Source: Patescibacteria group bacterium (lineage in GTDB: Bacteria; Patescibacteriota; Patescibacteriia; UBA10025; JAHIVO01). Taken from it: a stretch of DNA of 64,000 nt. The stretch spans positions 66,216-130,215 of the forward strand of contig JBAZWB010000002.1 in NCBI GenBank assembly GCA_041660605.1, written 5' to 3'. The translations under genes and the position numbers were made by a program. The notes beneath the pieces are model-generated. The model was given only the letters and a program-made list of their open reading frames with translations, searched no databases and was not told the DNA's origin. Positions 8,073 through 17,812 of the stretch are shown in pieces (the first letter of the stretch is position 1; each line of letters begins with the position of its first letter).

Positions 8073-9908
8073 TTATCTATTATTTAAAGTTAACTTAATC
8101 GCCTTTATTATTCCACTTTTATCAATTCCTTCATAGCTTAATAGTTCTGCTGGTTTCCCACTTTTCGGCATTTTCGTCACTGCCAACTTAACCACGTGTG
8201 CCTTGGCATGCCTTAGCGCGCTCAACACCGCCTCTCCCAAGCCGCCTTGCGGATAATGATCCTCAACCGTAATAATGGCTTTTGTTTCTTTGGCCGCCTT
8301 TTGCAAAGTGGCGACATCAACCGGCTTGATGCTATATAAATCAATTACTCTAATATTAATTCCCTGCTTTTTTAATTCATCATAAGCTTTCAATGCCTCA
8401 AAAACCGTGATGCCGGCAGTAACCACAGTGGCCGTGTCATTCTGGCTTTGGCGCAAAACTTTGCTTCCGCCAATGGGGAATTGCTCATTCTGCTTGTAAA
8501 TAACCGGCGTCTCTGCCCGTGTCGTGCGCAGATAAACTATGCCTTTGTGCTTCACCATTTCCTCCACCATTTTATCGCAGGACACCGGGTCGCAAGGATA
8601 TAAAACCACGCTGTCTAAAACCGACCGGAACATGGCAATATCCTCAAGTCCCATTTGCGACGGGCCATCCTCGCCAATAGACACGCCGGCGTGCGAGCCG
8701 ACGAACTTGATGTTGGCTTGCGAATAGGCGCTCATCCTGATCTGGTCAAAAGCCCGTGTGAAAAACGCGGCAAAGGTGGAGACGAACGGGATCTTCCCGC
8801 GGCGCGATAAGCCAACGGCAGCGCCAACCATATTCTGCTCGGCAATAAACATTTCAAAAAATCTTTTGGGATAATTTTTCTGGAAAATTTCAGAATAAGT
8901 GGAGTTGCTGACTTCCGCGTCCAGCGAGACAATCGGATAATTATTAGCGAGCCGCGTCAGCGCGTAACCAAACGCCTTCCGGGTGGCTATCGGATTATTA
9001 AAAATCATTGGCTCTGGTTTGCCGGAAGTAAGCGGTGCCGGTTTGAAGGTTTTTGACAAAGCAATAGAGCCGCGCACCGACGTGTCTACTTTTCCCAAAT
9101 CTTTTAGGGCTTTTTCCAATTCATCAGGTTTTAATGCCTTGCCATGCCAGCCGTCTTTATTCTCTATTAACTTAACGCCTTTACCTTTGAGCGTTTTGGC
9201 AATAATCATTACCGGCCTCCCCTTAGATTTTAAAGCTTTCGCGAAAGCATTTAAAATTGCCGGCAATTTATGCCCGTCTATAACGATAGTCTGCCACCCA
9301 AAGGCTTTGATCCTCTTTTCATATTCCAAAACTTTATGGCCGTACATGGTCTCGCCTCTTTGGCCCAGGCGGTTAACATCCAAAATGCCAATCAAATTAT
9401 CCAGCTTGTAATGCGTTGCCAATTGAATGGCCTCCCAAACCTGGCCCTCGGCCATTTCGCTGTCGCCTAATAATACATAGGTTTTATACGGCAATTTATC
9501 TAAATACTTGGCATTTAAAGCTAAACCAACGCCGACTGACAGCCCCTGGCCGAGCGAACCGGTAGCCGCTTCGCAATACGGAAATGACATGACCGGATGG
9601 CCTTCTAAACGCGAACTAAACTTGCGTAAAGTCATTAACTCCTGCTCTGTTATGGCACCGGCTGCCGCCCATAACGAATAAAACAGCGGCGAGGCATGGC
9701 CTTTGGAAAATATCAACCGGTCGTTATTGGGATTGCTCGGGTCTTTGAAATCAAAATTAAAATTACCGCCAAATATCAGGCCAGTCATTATATCCGTGGC
9801 TGACAGCGAAGACGTCGGATGGCCGGAACCGGCCGCGCTGGTGGAACGCAAAATCCAGTAGCGTATCAATTTCGCCATTGCCGGTAAATTTTGTTTATTC
9901 TTAATCAT
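8073..9908 (-). CDS. tkt: Transketolase
   Basis: 611 aa; GHPTSSLSATD ThDP motif, GDSEMAEGQVWEA, full N/middle/C domains. Confidence 0.9.
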   Translation of the reverse strand: MIKNKQNLPAMAKLIRYWILRSTSAAGSGHPTSSLSATDIMTGLIFGGNFNFDFKDPSNPNNDRLIFSKGHASPLFYSLWAAAGAITEQELMTLRKFSSRLEGHPVMSFPYCEAATGSLGQGLSVGVGLALNAKYLDKLPYKTYVLLGDSEMAEGQVWEAIQLATHYKLDNLIGILDVNRLGQRGETMYGHKVLEYEKRIKAFGWQTIVIDGHKLPAILNAFAKALKSKGRPVMIIAKTLKGKGVKLIENKDGWHGKALKPDELEKALKDLGKVDTSVRGSIALSKTFKPAPLTSGKPEPMIFNNPIATRKAFGYALTRLANNYPIVSLDAEVSNSTYSEIFQKNYPKRFFEMFIAEQNMVGAAVGLSRRGKIPFVSTFAAFFTRAFDQIRMSAYSQANIKFVGSHAGVSIGEDGPSQMGLEDIAMFRSVLDSVVLYPCDPVSCDKMVEEMVKHKGIVYLRTTRAETPVIYKQNEQFPIGGSKVLRQSQNDTATVVTAGITVFEALKAYDELKKQGINIRVIDLYSIKPVDVATLQKAAKETKAIITVEDHYPQGGLGEAVLSALRHAKAHVVKLAVTKMPKSGKPAELLSYEGIDKSGIIKAIKLTLNNR

Positions 9909-9915
9909 AAATTTT

Positions 9916-10548
9916 TTATGACATCTGGTCTTTCAGCTTTTGCAGATTGTCCGCCAGGTCGCCGGAAGCGAAAATCGCCGAACCGACGCAGATATTATTC
10001 ACCCCAGCGCTGGCCACTTCGAAGATATTGCTCTCATTAATTCCGCCGTCAATAGAAATATCAGTATCCGGATATTCATGTTCAAATTCCTTAATTTTTT
10101 CCACCACTTCAGGATGGAATTCCTGGTTCTGCCAGCCGGGCTTCACCGACATGAATAATACCCCGTCCACGTATTCCGCCCATTCCTGAATGGCTGATAG
10201 CGGCGTTTCAATATTTATGGCAATGCCCACTTCAAATCCCATCTGCCTGACTTTCTTCAGCATCTCATCAGGCGCTGGTACCGCCTCAATATGGAAATAA
10301 ACACGTTTGAAGATATCAGGGTTAAGGCTTGGCAGCCAGGCTTCAGGATCGGCCACCATCAGGTGCGCTTCCAGGCTAAGGGTGGTTTTTATCTGCAACA
10401 ATTCCTCGGGAGTGATGGATTTATTATTTACAAACTTTCCGTCCATCAGGTCAATCTGCGCCCATTCAACCACGTCGGTCAGCAAATTTAATTTATCCTG
10501 CACCTCATTTAAATCATTGCTTAAAATTGCCGGAACAATCTGGCTCAT
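9916..10548 (-). CDS. rpe: Ribulose-phosphate 3-epimerase
   Basis: 210 aa; IDLMDGKFV, HLMV, SIDGGIN motifs. Confidence 0.9.
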   Translation of the reverse strand: MSQIVPAILSNDLNEVQDKLNLLTDVVEWAQIDLMDGKFVNNKSITPEELLQIKTTLSLEAHLMVADPEAWLPSLNPDIFKRVYFHIEAVPAPDEMLKKVRQMGFEVGIAINIETPLSAIQEWAEYVDGVLFMSVKPGWQNQEFHPEVVEKIKEFEHEYPDTDISIDGGINESNIFEVASAGVNNICVGSAIFASGDLADNLQKLKDQMS

Positions 10549-10552
10549 ATAT

Positions 10553-10996
10553 TTATTTCTCCGCGCGTTTAATCATATTAACTCTCCGGTGGTGCCTGGC
10601 TGAGGCGCTGAATTTGGTTTTTAACCAAACGGCCACCATTTTTTTTGCTTCAGCCAAAGATATGTAATCGGCACCCAGGCATAACACATTGGCATCATCA
10701 TCAACCCGGGACATCTTGGCCGAGCGCAGGTTAAACGCCTGGCAAGCCCTGATGCCCTTAACTTTATTGGCCGCGATGCACCCGCCGGCGCCGGAGCGGC
10801 AAATAAAAATGCCGCGGCCATCGCGTGTCTGGGCCACCTGCCGTGCCATTTTAAAGGCGAAAACGGGATAATCGTCCTGCGGATCTACTGCTGTATTGCC
10901 TACGTCTGCCAGACTGTATTTATTCTTAATTAAAAATTTCTTCAGCTCCTCCTTGTATTTATATCCGCCGTGATCTGCTCCTAAGAATATTTTCAT
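10553..10996 (-). CDS. rpiB: Ribose-5-phosphate isomerase B (RpiB/LacAB family)
   Basis: 147 aa; MKIFLGADHGGY...ICRSGAGGCIAANK. Confidence 0.9.
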   Translation of the reverse strand: MKIFLGADHGGYKYKEELKKFLIKNKYSLADVGNTAVDPQDDYPVFAFKMARQVAQTRDGRGIFICRSGAGGCIAANKVKGIRACQAFNLRSAKMSRVDDDANVLCLGADYISLAEAKKMVAVWLKTKFSASARHHRRVNMIKRAEK

Positions 10997-11151
10997 AAAT
11001 TAAGCGCTTTACCACACCATTATAGCATATTTTGGGCAGGATTAAAGTGCCGCCACTCTACTGTCATTGTAATTGACTTTTTTTAATAACGGAATTAAGC
11101 TGGAACTGACTAAATAAAAAATACAAACTACCGCAAGAAAGTAGGCGAATC

Positions 11152-11640
11152 ATGAGAGCTTGTTTAATGGCATTTGTTTCGACTGTATTGCTTCTAGCTT
11201 CTGCTGGCTATCCTAATGACAGTACTAATACGCTGGCCAAGCAGGACACCTCAATTAACCTGGGGCAGGTGGTTGCGCCGGCTCAAACACCTGTTGTTGA
11301 AGATTCCACGCTGATTGCCACTCGCCGGCTACTGGCTCAAGGTGGCGGATATCTGGATCTTTTCGGCAAAGTCATGGAGGATGAAAAAGGCGGAGCCGAG
11401 TTTGGCGGGAGTTACCGCCTAATATCAAAACGAATGCGCGAATTGGCGAAAACGCTGGGCATGCCGCAGGATGAATTCATTGAATACGTGCGTCGCGGAA
11501 TAACAGAAGCCATGAATGACATTAATTCGCATGACGTCCAACTAGTCACGCGCAAGCTATCGCAATACGAGGATGCCGGCATAAACATTCTCGTACGACA
11601 TTCAATTGTGCGCAGTGATTCCGCAAAAACCGTACATTAG
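11152..11640 (+). CDS. Hypothetical secreted protein (signal peptide); the only plus-strand gene in the window
   Basis: 162 aa; hydrophobic N-terminus MAFVSTVLLLASAG; followed by a terminator. Confidence 0.5.
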   Translation: MRACLMAFVSTVLLLASAGYPNDSTNTLAKQDTSINLGQVVAPAQTPVVEDSTLIATRRLLAQGGGYLDLFGKVMEDEKGGAEFGGSYRLISKRMRELAKTLGMPQDEFIEYVRRGITEAMNDINSHDVQLVTRKLSQYEDAGINILVRHSIVRSDSAKTVH

Positions 11641-11665
11641 CTACCATTTTAGAGGTTACTCCACA

Positions 11666-11696
11666 CCCCGCCTGCAACAGCAGACGGGGTTTTTTA
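11666..11696 (+). terminator. Rho-independent terminator (CCCCG...CGGGG stem + T7)
   Basis: ccccgcctgcaacagcagacggggttttttat directly after the 11152..11640 stop. Confidence 0.6.
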
Positions 11697-11808
11697 TGGA
11701 TTGGAGCGCACCCAGTCTTCGACCCTGTCTTCGATCCCGATAGTCCTCAGACCGAGGGGAGGCTCAGACCCGAAGGGGGACTAATTACTAGTGGCTAACA
11801 ACTAACCA

Positions 11809-12363
11809 CTAAACTTCATACTCCCACCACGGCTGCCAGACGAATTCCTCATTGACGCACTGCTCCAGCGTACGGCGGGCGGTCAGGACGTCCAGGGCAT
11901 AATAGGTGGCGCGGTGGTCAACGATTAAAATAATTTTGTCCGGGTATTTATCTTTTATTTCCAATAAAAAACCCTGCACCCGCTCTACTGCCTGCTCATA
12001 GCTTTCGCCATTGGGAAACGGCTCTTTTATTTTTTTCGGTTTAAGGGCATAAACTTCCTTGGTGGTATGGCCGTTTAAATCCCCGTAGCTGATCTCCCGC
12101 AAGCGCCGGTCATAAATGACCGGAATTTTTTCGCCAAAAGCGATGGCTACCGTATCTTTCGCCCGTTGCAAATCCGAGGTAAAAATCAGATCAATTTTAA
12201 TATTTTTAAACCTCTCTCCCATTTCCGCTGACTGCTTTCTGCCCAATTCCGAAAGCTCCCCGGGATTTTGGCCGGTAGCCAGCCCTCTGGCATTATCGGT
12301 GGTTTCTGAATGCGTGGCGAAATATATTTTCATAAAAAAATTGTTATGCACCGCCACTCCCAC
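11809..12363 (-). CDS. Histidine phosphatase family protein (phosphoglycerate-mutase-like)
   Basis: 184 aa; N-terminal catalytic-His context MKIYFATHSETTDN, PGM-like fold pattern. Confidence 0.75.
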   Translation of the reverse strand: MGVAVHNNFFMKIYFATHSETTDNARGLATGQNPGELSELGRKQSAEMGERFKNIKIDLIFTSDLQRAKDTVAIAFGEKIPVIYDRRLREISYGDLNGHTTKEVYALKPKKIKEPFPNGESYEQAVERVQGFLLEIKDKYPDKIILIVDHRATYYALDVLTARRTLEQCVNEEFVWQPWWEYEV

Positions 12364-12483
12364 CCTGTCATTCTGAGGAGTCCCGCCGCAGGCGGGCGAC
12401 GTGAGAATCTCCTGGGTTCAGGCACCGCGGGGATTGTCACGTCATTCGCTTCGCTCATTCCTCACAATGACAGTAGAGTGGCG
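12351..12483. repeat. ~130-bp element with ~25-bp terminal inverted repeats (CGCCACTC..CTGTCATT); a solo copy of its terminus lies at 11051..11070
   Basis: 12351 ccgccactcccaccctgtcattctgagga ... tcctcacaatgacagtagagtggcg 12483; 11051 cgccactctactgtcattgt is the exact reverse complement of 12464..12483. Confidence 0.45.
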
Positions 12484-12484
12484 A

Positions 12485-13192
12485 TTACTTTTTCAAATAC
12501 CCCAGCCTTTTACTCTCCGGAAACCTCTCAATCGCGTACCTCAGCATAGTCCGCGGCATTGCTTTATAATGCCGTTGCAAAAACTTTTCTTCAGCCGCTT
12601 GGTCGCGCTTGCCCATCTCCCGGAGCATCCAACCCACTGCCTTGTGGATCAAATCGTGCTGGTCATTTAATAATATTTCAGCTATTGCTAATGCATCTTT
12701 AAAATTTTTATTCCTGAGAAAAGTAAAAGTGGCCAGCATAGCCACCCGCCTTTCCCACAAACTCGTTGACCGCGCCAGCTTATATAAAATTCCCCTGGGC
12801 TTGTCCAGTAAATATGTGCCAACGATATTTGGCGCGGACAAATCCACCAAATCCCAATTATTGATAAAGGCGGTATTCTTTAAATAAATATTAAAAATAG
12901 AACGGCGCTTTGCTTCGTCGGCTTTATTAAACTGGTCAACTAAAATCAGTAAAACCACCAAACGGTGTTCGTGGATTTTGCTTCTTAACAAAGATTCTGC
13001 GTCTTTTAAAGGCAAATCTTGGTACTTCTTAACTACCTGCCTTTGTACCGGCACTTTGATGCCCAGAAAAATATCTCCCTCGCCGTAATCTCCTTTGCCG
13101 GTTTTGAAAAAGCGCGACAGGTTTTTAGCCTGCTGAGGATTGGCGAGTTTTTTTAATTCGGCTATAACTTCAGCGAGATTACTCATAATCAA
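12485..13192 (-). CDS. DNA alkylation repair enzyme (AlkD-like HEAT-repeat glycosylase family)
   Basis: 235 aa; helical repeats, WMLRE motif characteristic of the DNA_alkylation family. Confidence 0.7.
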   Translation of the reverse strand: MIMSNLAEVIAELKKLANPQQAKNLSRFFKTGKGDYGEGDIFLGIKVPVQRQVVKKYQDLPLKDAESLLRSKIHEHRLVVLLILVDQFNKADEAKRRSIFNIYLKNTAFINNWDLVDLSAPNIVGTYLLDKPRGILYKLARSTSLWERRVAMLATFTFLRNKNFKDALAIAEILLNDQHDLIHKAVGWMLREMGKRDQAAEEKFLQRHYKAMPRTMLRYAIERFPESKRLGYLKK

Positions 13193-13359
13193 ATTTTAAC
13201 ATATTTACGGGCAATTAAAAAAGAGGAGGACTCCAAATAGATGTACGGCGGTGAACAATTTTACTCATTCAATCGCTATAATCATGTTGGAATCCGCCTC
13301 TGTGTTGGCAATTTGGCACTTCGGTTGGCAGTTACATTTCTTTTCTTTGGTTTGGGAGT

Positions 13360-13893
13360 CTATTCAGACTTCACTTCGGCTGGCTTGTCCCAAGGCTCAG
13401 TGGGCTTGGCGTTACCCTTGCGGATTTCGTGATACAGGTCCCACGCGCTGCGTAGCTTAGTGCTGCGCACTTCGATCCGGAAAACCATGAAACCATCTAA
13501 ATAATGGCTGTCCACTACGGCCCGGGCGTTGGCGGTAGAATATATGCCGCGAACTGGGGCGATCGCGTTTCCGTCTAAACAGGCATCTTCGGAAATAACA
13601 TATTCCGGCTTCATTCCCTGTTCCAGCCAGAGGCTTTTCTCGACCTGCTCCATGTCACTCAAAGTTGGATTGTCGTACAAGCAGTAGATTGCATTATACT
13701 TTTCCTCAATTTTATAATGCACTCCTTCAATTTTGACACCCGTACCAGCAGATCCGAATCCTAATTTGACATCGCGCTGTATTTCTTCCGCCAGTTCTCC
13801 AATCTTAAATCTCACTTTTACTTGCATTGTGCATTCCTTTCTCATCTCATCTCTTGATTTTGTGTTTTCTCCGCTGCCTGCCTGATATGCCAA
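13360..13893 (-). CDS. Hypothetical protein (true start probably an internal Met, MQVKVRF)
   Basis: 177 aa ORF; no motif recognised. Confidence 0.35.
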   Translation of the reverse strand: MAYQAGSGENTKSRDEMRKECTMQVKVRFKIGELAEEIQRDVKLGFGSAGTGVKIEGVHYKIEEKYNAIYCLYDNPTLSDMEQVEKSLWLEQGMKPEYVISEDACLDGNAIAPVRGIYSTANARAVVDSHYLDGFMVFRIEVRSTKLRSAWDLYHEIRKGNAKPTEPWDKPAEVKSE

Positions 13894-13997
13894 TATGCCA
13901 AAGAACGATCAACTAGGCTACCACAAAAAAAATCACCCTGTCAAGGGCGACCATCCACAAATACTTATTTTAAAGGCGTTTTATTAAATTATTCTCA

Positions 13998-14771
13998 TTA
14001 TATCAATTCTAAAATTTGTTTATGCAGTTTAGTGCCGTTGCTGATCAAGAATTTTTCATTCAAATCTTCTTTCTCCGGTTTGCCTCGCAAATCAGTGACT
14101 AAAGCGCCAGCCTCCCTGGCAATCAATTTCCCAGCCGAGTAATCGTATATTTCACAGCCATTATTGATAATCGCTTCAATTTTCCCCTGGGCTAAATAGC
14201 AGAAATCCAGGGCTGGCGACCAATTTATCAGAATCCTTTTTACTTTTTTGGCTAAAACATTTTTTAATACTCTGCCTTCCATCATTTTCGCCTGGAGCCG
14301 GTAGCTGCTATTATAGGCAATACTGGCTTTCCTGATATCCGCCACGCGTTTGACATTCAGTTTCTTGCCGTTTAAAAACGCGCCTCTGCCTTTTTTCGCG
14401 TAAAATGTCTGGCCAGTGATGGGGTTATGAACCACCGCCGCCACTATCTCGCCCAGGCGGATCAGGGAAATGGAAACGGAAAAAACCGGTATGCCCAGTA
14501 TAAAATTGTTCGTGCCGTCTAGGGGGTCAATCAAAAAAGTATAGTCCGAGCCTTTTTCCCTGGCTCCGCTTTCCTCAGCAAAAATATTGTATTTGGGGAA
14601 ATCGCGGGTCAACCGGCGGATAATTTCTTTTTCTGAATTAATATCCGCCAAAGTCCGAAAATCAGCCGGCGTTGATTTGGGCATCAGGCGCAGGCTCCGT
14701 CCGAAATATTTCTTCAAGACGCGGCCGCCGGCCTGGGCCGCCCTGGTAATATTTTTTATATCCTTATCCAT
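13998..14771 (-). CDS. Inositol monophosphatase family protein (SuhB/IMPase/FBPase-like)
   Basis: 257 aa; LIDPLDGTNNF metal-binding motif. Confidence 0.85.
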   Translation of the reverse strand: MDKDIKNITRAAQAGGRVLKKYFGRSLRLMPKSTPADFRTLADINSEKEIIRRLTRDFPKYNIFAEESGAREKGSDYTFLIDPLDGTNNFILGIPVFSVSISLIRLGEIVAAVVHNPITGQTFYAKKGRGAFLNGKKLNVKRVADIRKASIAYNSSYRLQAKMMEGRVLKNVLAKKVKRILINWSPALDFCYLAQGKIEAIINNGCEIYDYSAGKLIAREAGALVTDLRGKPEKEDLNEKFLISNGTKLHKQILELI

Positions 14772-14777
14772 ACCTCA

Positions 14778-15845
14778 TTACATCCACTTTTTTCTTTTGA
14801 AATAAATAAGCATGACGATTCCCACCGCGAACATCACCGTGATAATCATGGGATAGCCGAACCGCCAGCCCAGCTCGGGCATAAACTCAAAATTCATGCC
14901 ATAAACTCCAGCAATCCAAGTCAGGGGGATGAAAATCGTGGCAATCACAGTCAGCACTTTCATCACTGAATTCAGCTTATTGCTGACGCTGGAAAGATAA
15001 AGGTCGACCATGCCGGATAATATGTCGCGGTAAGTTTCGATCGCTTCAATCACCTGGACCGTGTGGTCATAGACATCGCGGATGTATATGCGCGTGCCTG
15101 GCTGCACTAAAGCATTTTCGTCCCTTTCAAAGCGGTTAACCACGTCCCGCAGCGGCCAGATAGAACGCCGGAGAATAATCGCCTCCTGCCTGATGCTGTT
15201 TACCTTATGCAGAGTTTTCTGGTCAGGATCGGCCAAGAGCTCATCCTCCAATTCTTCAATCCGCTCGCCGATCTGCTCCAGCACCAGGAAATAATTATCC
15301 ACGATTGAATCCAGGATCATATAGGTAATATAATCCGGCCCACGGCGGCGCACGCCCTTGCCGTCACGGATTCGCTGCCTGACCGGCTCAAACACGTCTC
15401 CCGGCCGCTCCTGCAAAGAAATCACAAAATGTTTGCCGAGGATCAGGCTGATCTGCTCGCTGTTGATTTTATTTTCTTTTTTATCCAGCGAAAACATTTT
15501 CACCACGATATAAAGCACATTGTCATAATTCTCAAACTTCGGCCGCTGCTCCGTGTGCAGGACATCCTCCAGAATCAATGGATGCAAATCAAATAACTTT
15601 CCCAATGCTTCAAAAACTTTCATATCGCCAAGGCCGACAATATCAATCCAGGAAACTGATTTCGAGCTGGCCAGGCCTTTGAGGTCATTCACTGATTTTA
15701 CCGGTTTCTCCACATAATTCGTATCAGTGAAATCAAAAAGCCTGATGCTGGTTTTAGACACCTTTTCCCTTGAAGCATTGACTAAAGTGCCTGGCGGTAA
15801 TCCCGGCTGCTTGGGTTTGCCTCTCAATAAACTTAGTGGCGGCAT
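14778..15845 (-). CDS. corA: Magnesium/cobalt transporter CorA
   Basis: About 355 aa from internal Met (MPPLSLLRGKPKQPGLPPGTL); near-collinear with Thermotoga-type CorA; YGMNFEFMPEL GMN motif and two C-terminal TM helices. Confidence 0.9.
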   Translation of the reverse strand: MPPLSLLRGKPKQPGLPPGTLVNASREKVSKTSIRLFDFTDTNYVEKPVKSVNDLKGLASSKSVSWIDIVGLGDMKVFEALGKLFDLHPLILEDVLHTEQRPKFENYDNVLYIVVKMFSLDKKENKINSEQISLILGKHFVISLQERPGDVFEPVRQRIRDGKGVRRRGPDYITYMILDSIVDNYFLVLEQIGERIEELEDELLADPDQKTLHKVNSIRQEAIILRRSIWPLRDVVNRFERDENALVQPGTRIYIRDVYDHTVQVIEAIETYRDILSGMVDLYLSSVSNKLNSVMKVLTVIATIFIPLTWIAGVYGMNFEFMPELGWRFGYPMIITVMFAVGIVMLIYFKRKKWM

Positions 15846-16128
15846 ACAAACATCATTAAATATTATTGAATTTATTATACACCTATTGGTATTAATTGAA
15901 TATTGCGGACTCGCCTGGTTGGTTCGCAAAAAACCCGCCGCCGATTGAACGGGCGACGGGAATTTATCACCATGAGGTGATTTACCGACTAGCTAGAATT
16001 GTTAGCAACAACCACCTGGGAATCCGGATCCTATTTGAAGCCGCATATAGTTTAATTCGTTTAATTATTAAATACCCGCCTATTATACACCGTCTTGCCG
16101 GCCCAAGTCAAAATCTGCATTATGCCTA

Positions 16129-17343
16129 TCAGGGCGTAACATCCAATTTTCTGGCAATCAGCTTTAATAATTTTCGCTTAAAGCGCCATTCATTGATATA
16201 GCTGGAAAAAATTACGGTCAAGCCGGCCACGATTGATTCGGTGGAGCCGATGCCGGCCAAAATCCAGCCGTTGTGCATCAAATGGAGAACCGAGCCGAGT
16301 ATGCCCATGACCGGCGCCATGGAGACGCCGATTAACAAACCGAGGCGTGCGGGGTTGGTGAAGTCCTGGATAATAGCCAATTTTGTCAGCGGCCAGCCGT
16401 CGTTAACCATTATCTTTTTCTCATCGCGCAGCTTGATCAGATTATGGCGATACATAAAAACCGACTGGATGGCTGTAGTTAATGACAGAGCTACCGCGGA
16501 AACGCCGAAAATAACGCCGGCCCAGACCAGCTGATTTCTAACAATGAATCCTTCCACTGAAAACGCGCCCCAAGTAGCCAGGGCAAATACGGGGATAAGT
16601 ATGCGCGAGCGTTTCACCAATTCTTTCCAGCTGAAACCAGAGCCGCGCAAAGCCATCAGCTCTGCTGATTCTCCCAGCAGATCGTCGGCCGAGGCGGCAA
16701 AAATCTTACCTACGCCCCTGACCCAGTGCTCCAGCACATGGGCGATCGGTCCGATAAATAGAAGTGCCTTAATGATTGACTGGGCGATTTTAGTGCGCTC
16801 ACGCGCGTTATCGGCAATCACCCGGAATACCGAATAATCAACGGCCAATGGATAAATAATCTCAGACAGCTCAGACATAAATTGCTGCTCCTGGGCGGTG
16901 ATGCCGATATTTTCCTCGTCAATCAGAACTAGCCGCTTGAAGCTCAGGCGGTCCTTCAAAATTATCTGCAGTGATTTATCCAGATCCTCGCCATGCGTCC
17001 CTGCCCTGACTCTATCTTCATCTGCAAATATTGGGAAATGTTTTTCTTTCAGCAATTTTGGCAGCCAGGTAACGATATAATTCTTCTGGCTGTAAATGCT
17101 GATCGCATTGACCGCTTTCAGAATATTTTCCGGAGTCCGTAAGACAGTACGCACTCCGATGGCCTTTCCTCTCGTCAGGATAGCGCGTATTTTTTCCTTA
17201 TACTCAGGATAACGGCTGAAAATGAAACGAATCTCTGTCGGTAAATATTCATTCCAATCGCATTCCTCGGGGAGTGAAATAACCTCGAGCCGGTAAGAAC
17301 CAATTGGTGATTTTTTTGGCGGCCTGGTAAAACCTTCAAACAT
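16129..17343 (-). CDS. Hypothetical membrane protein (N-terminal soluble domain, C-terminal multi-TM region)
   Basis: 404 aa; hydrophobic C-terminal half; no family recognised. Confidence 0.45.
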   Translation of the reverse strand: MFEGFTRPPKKSPIGSYRLEVISLPEECDWNEYLPTEIRFIFSRYPEYKEKIRAILTRGKAIGVRTVLRTPENILKAVNAISIYSQKNYIVTWLPKLLKEKHFPIFADEDRVRAGTHGEDLDKSLQIILKDRLSFKRLVLIDEENIGITAQEQQFMSELSEIIYPLAVDYSVFRVIADNARERTKIAQSIIKALLFIGPIAHVLEHWVRGVGKIFAASADDLLGESAELMALRGSGFSWKELVKRSRILIPVFALATWGAFSVEGFIVRNQLVWAGVIFGVSAVALSLTTAIQSVFMYRHNLIKLRDEKKIMVNDGWPLTKLAIIQDFTNPARLGLLIGVSMAPVMGILGSVLHLMHNGWILAGIGSTESIVAGLTVIFSSYINEWRFKRKLLKLIARKLDVTP

Positions 17344-17504
17344 ATAATTTCTTCTGCTCTTATTATACCATTAAAAGCTATTTTTTTCTAATAAAAAATT
17401 AGATTAACTAGAATCCAATTCTTTAATAATACTCAAACCCTCCCATTACGGAGTAATCATAATAAAATTGTTTAATCCGCCGATTACAAAGAAATGTTAC
17501 GAAA

Positions 17505-17762
17505 ACAGAGCGAGGAGGAATGGTTGCCCATGGGCAACCGCGTTGTACTGTTTGAGCGAACGCAGCGAAGTCTCGCCGCAGGCGGACGAAGCGAGGAGCG
17601 AGTTTACAACGCGGAATGACAACGAGCCTGTTTATGCCTGCCCCGTACCTGGAGCGAAGCGAAATGGTGCGGGGTTAATTTCTTTGTACCGGCGCAGCTC
17701 TTTTGCTTCTTTGGCGCCTGCCCCGCTGGATAGCGGGGTTTGCACAGAAAAGAAGAAATAAA
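17505..17762 (+). ncRNA. Structured intergenic repeat element, copy 1 (candidate ncRNA; strand uncertain)
   Basis: About 95-nt core identical (3 substitutions) to 24805..25005; closed by a perfect 10-bp stem CCGCGTTGTA/TACAACGCGG; 5' GAGGAGGAATG plus hairpin; 3' hairpin carrying a nested insertion. Confidence 0.4.
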
Positions 17763-17812
17763 ACTAAACAAAAAACTGCTCTTCCGCAGTTTTTACTTAT
17801 ATATTGAAATAC

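Noticed and set aside
8539-9470. Several 60- to 142-aa ORFs antisense to tkt (and similar antisense ORFs inside gatA, ligA, pilB, the PilN-like gene, the GT2-Wzy_C gene and the giant protein, such as 51104..51637, 33222..33536 and 56654..57790)
   Set aside because: Entirely embedded in the opposite strand of long, well-supported genes. Their low-complexity translations (Pro/Ser/Ala-rich) are typical of antisense frames of GC-rich or repeat-rich coding sequence.
14778-15929. Longest CorA ORF (383 aa) starting at 15929
   Set aside because: The N-terminal 28 residues have no counterpart in CorA. The internal Met at 15845 gives an N-terminus (…KPKQPGLPPGTL…) collinear with characterised CorA, so the shorter start is preferred.
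17468-17761. 97-aa and 61-aa plus-strand ORFs (17468..17761 and 24819..25004) running through the two repeat copies, sharing the peptide ALYCxSERSEVSPQADEARSEFTTRND
   Set aside because: The spacing between the apparent SD-ATG and the conserved core differs by 4 nt between copies, so the conserved segment is read in different frames from each ATG. Conservation is at nucleotide and structure level (hairpins), not protein level.
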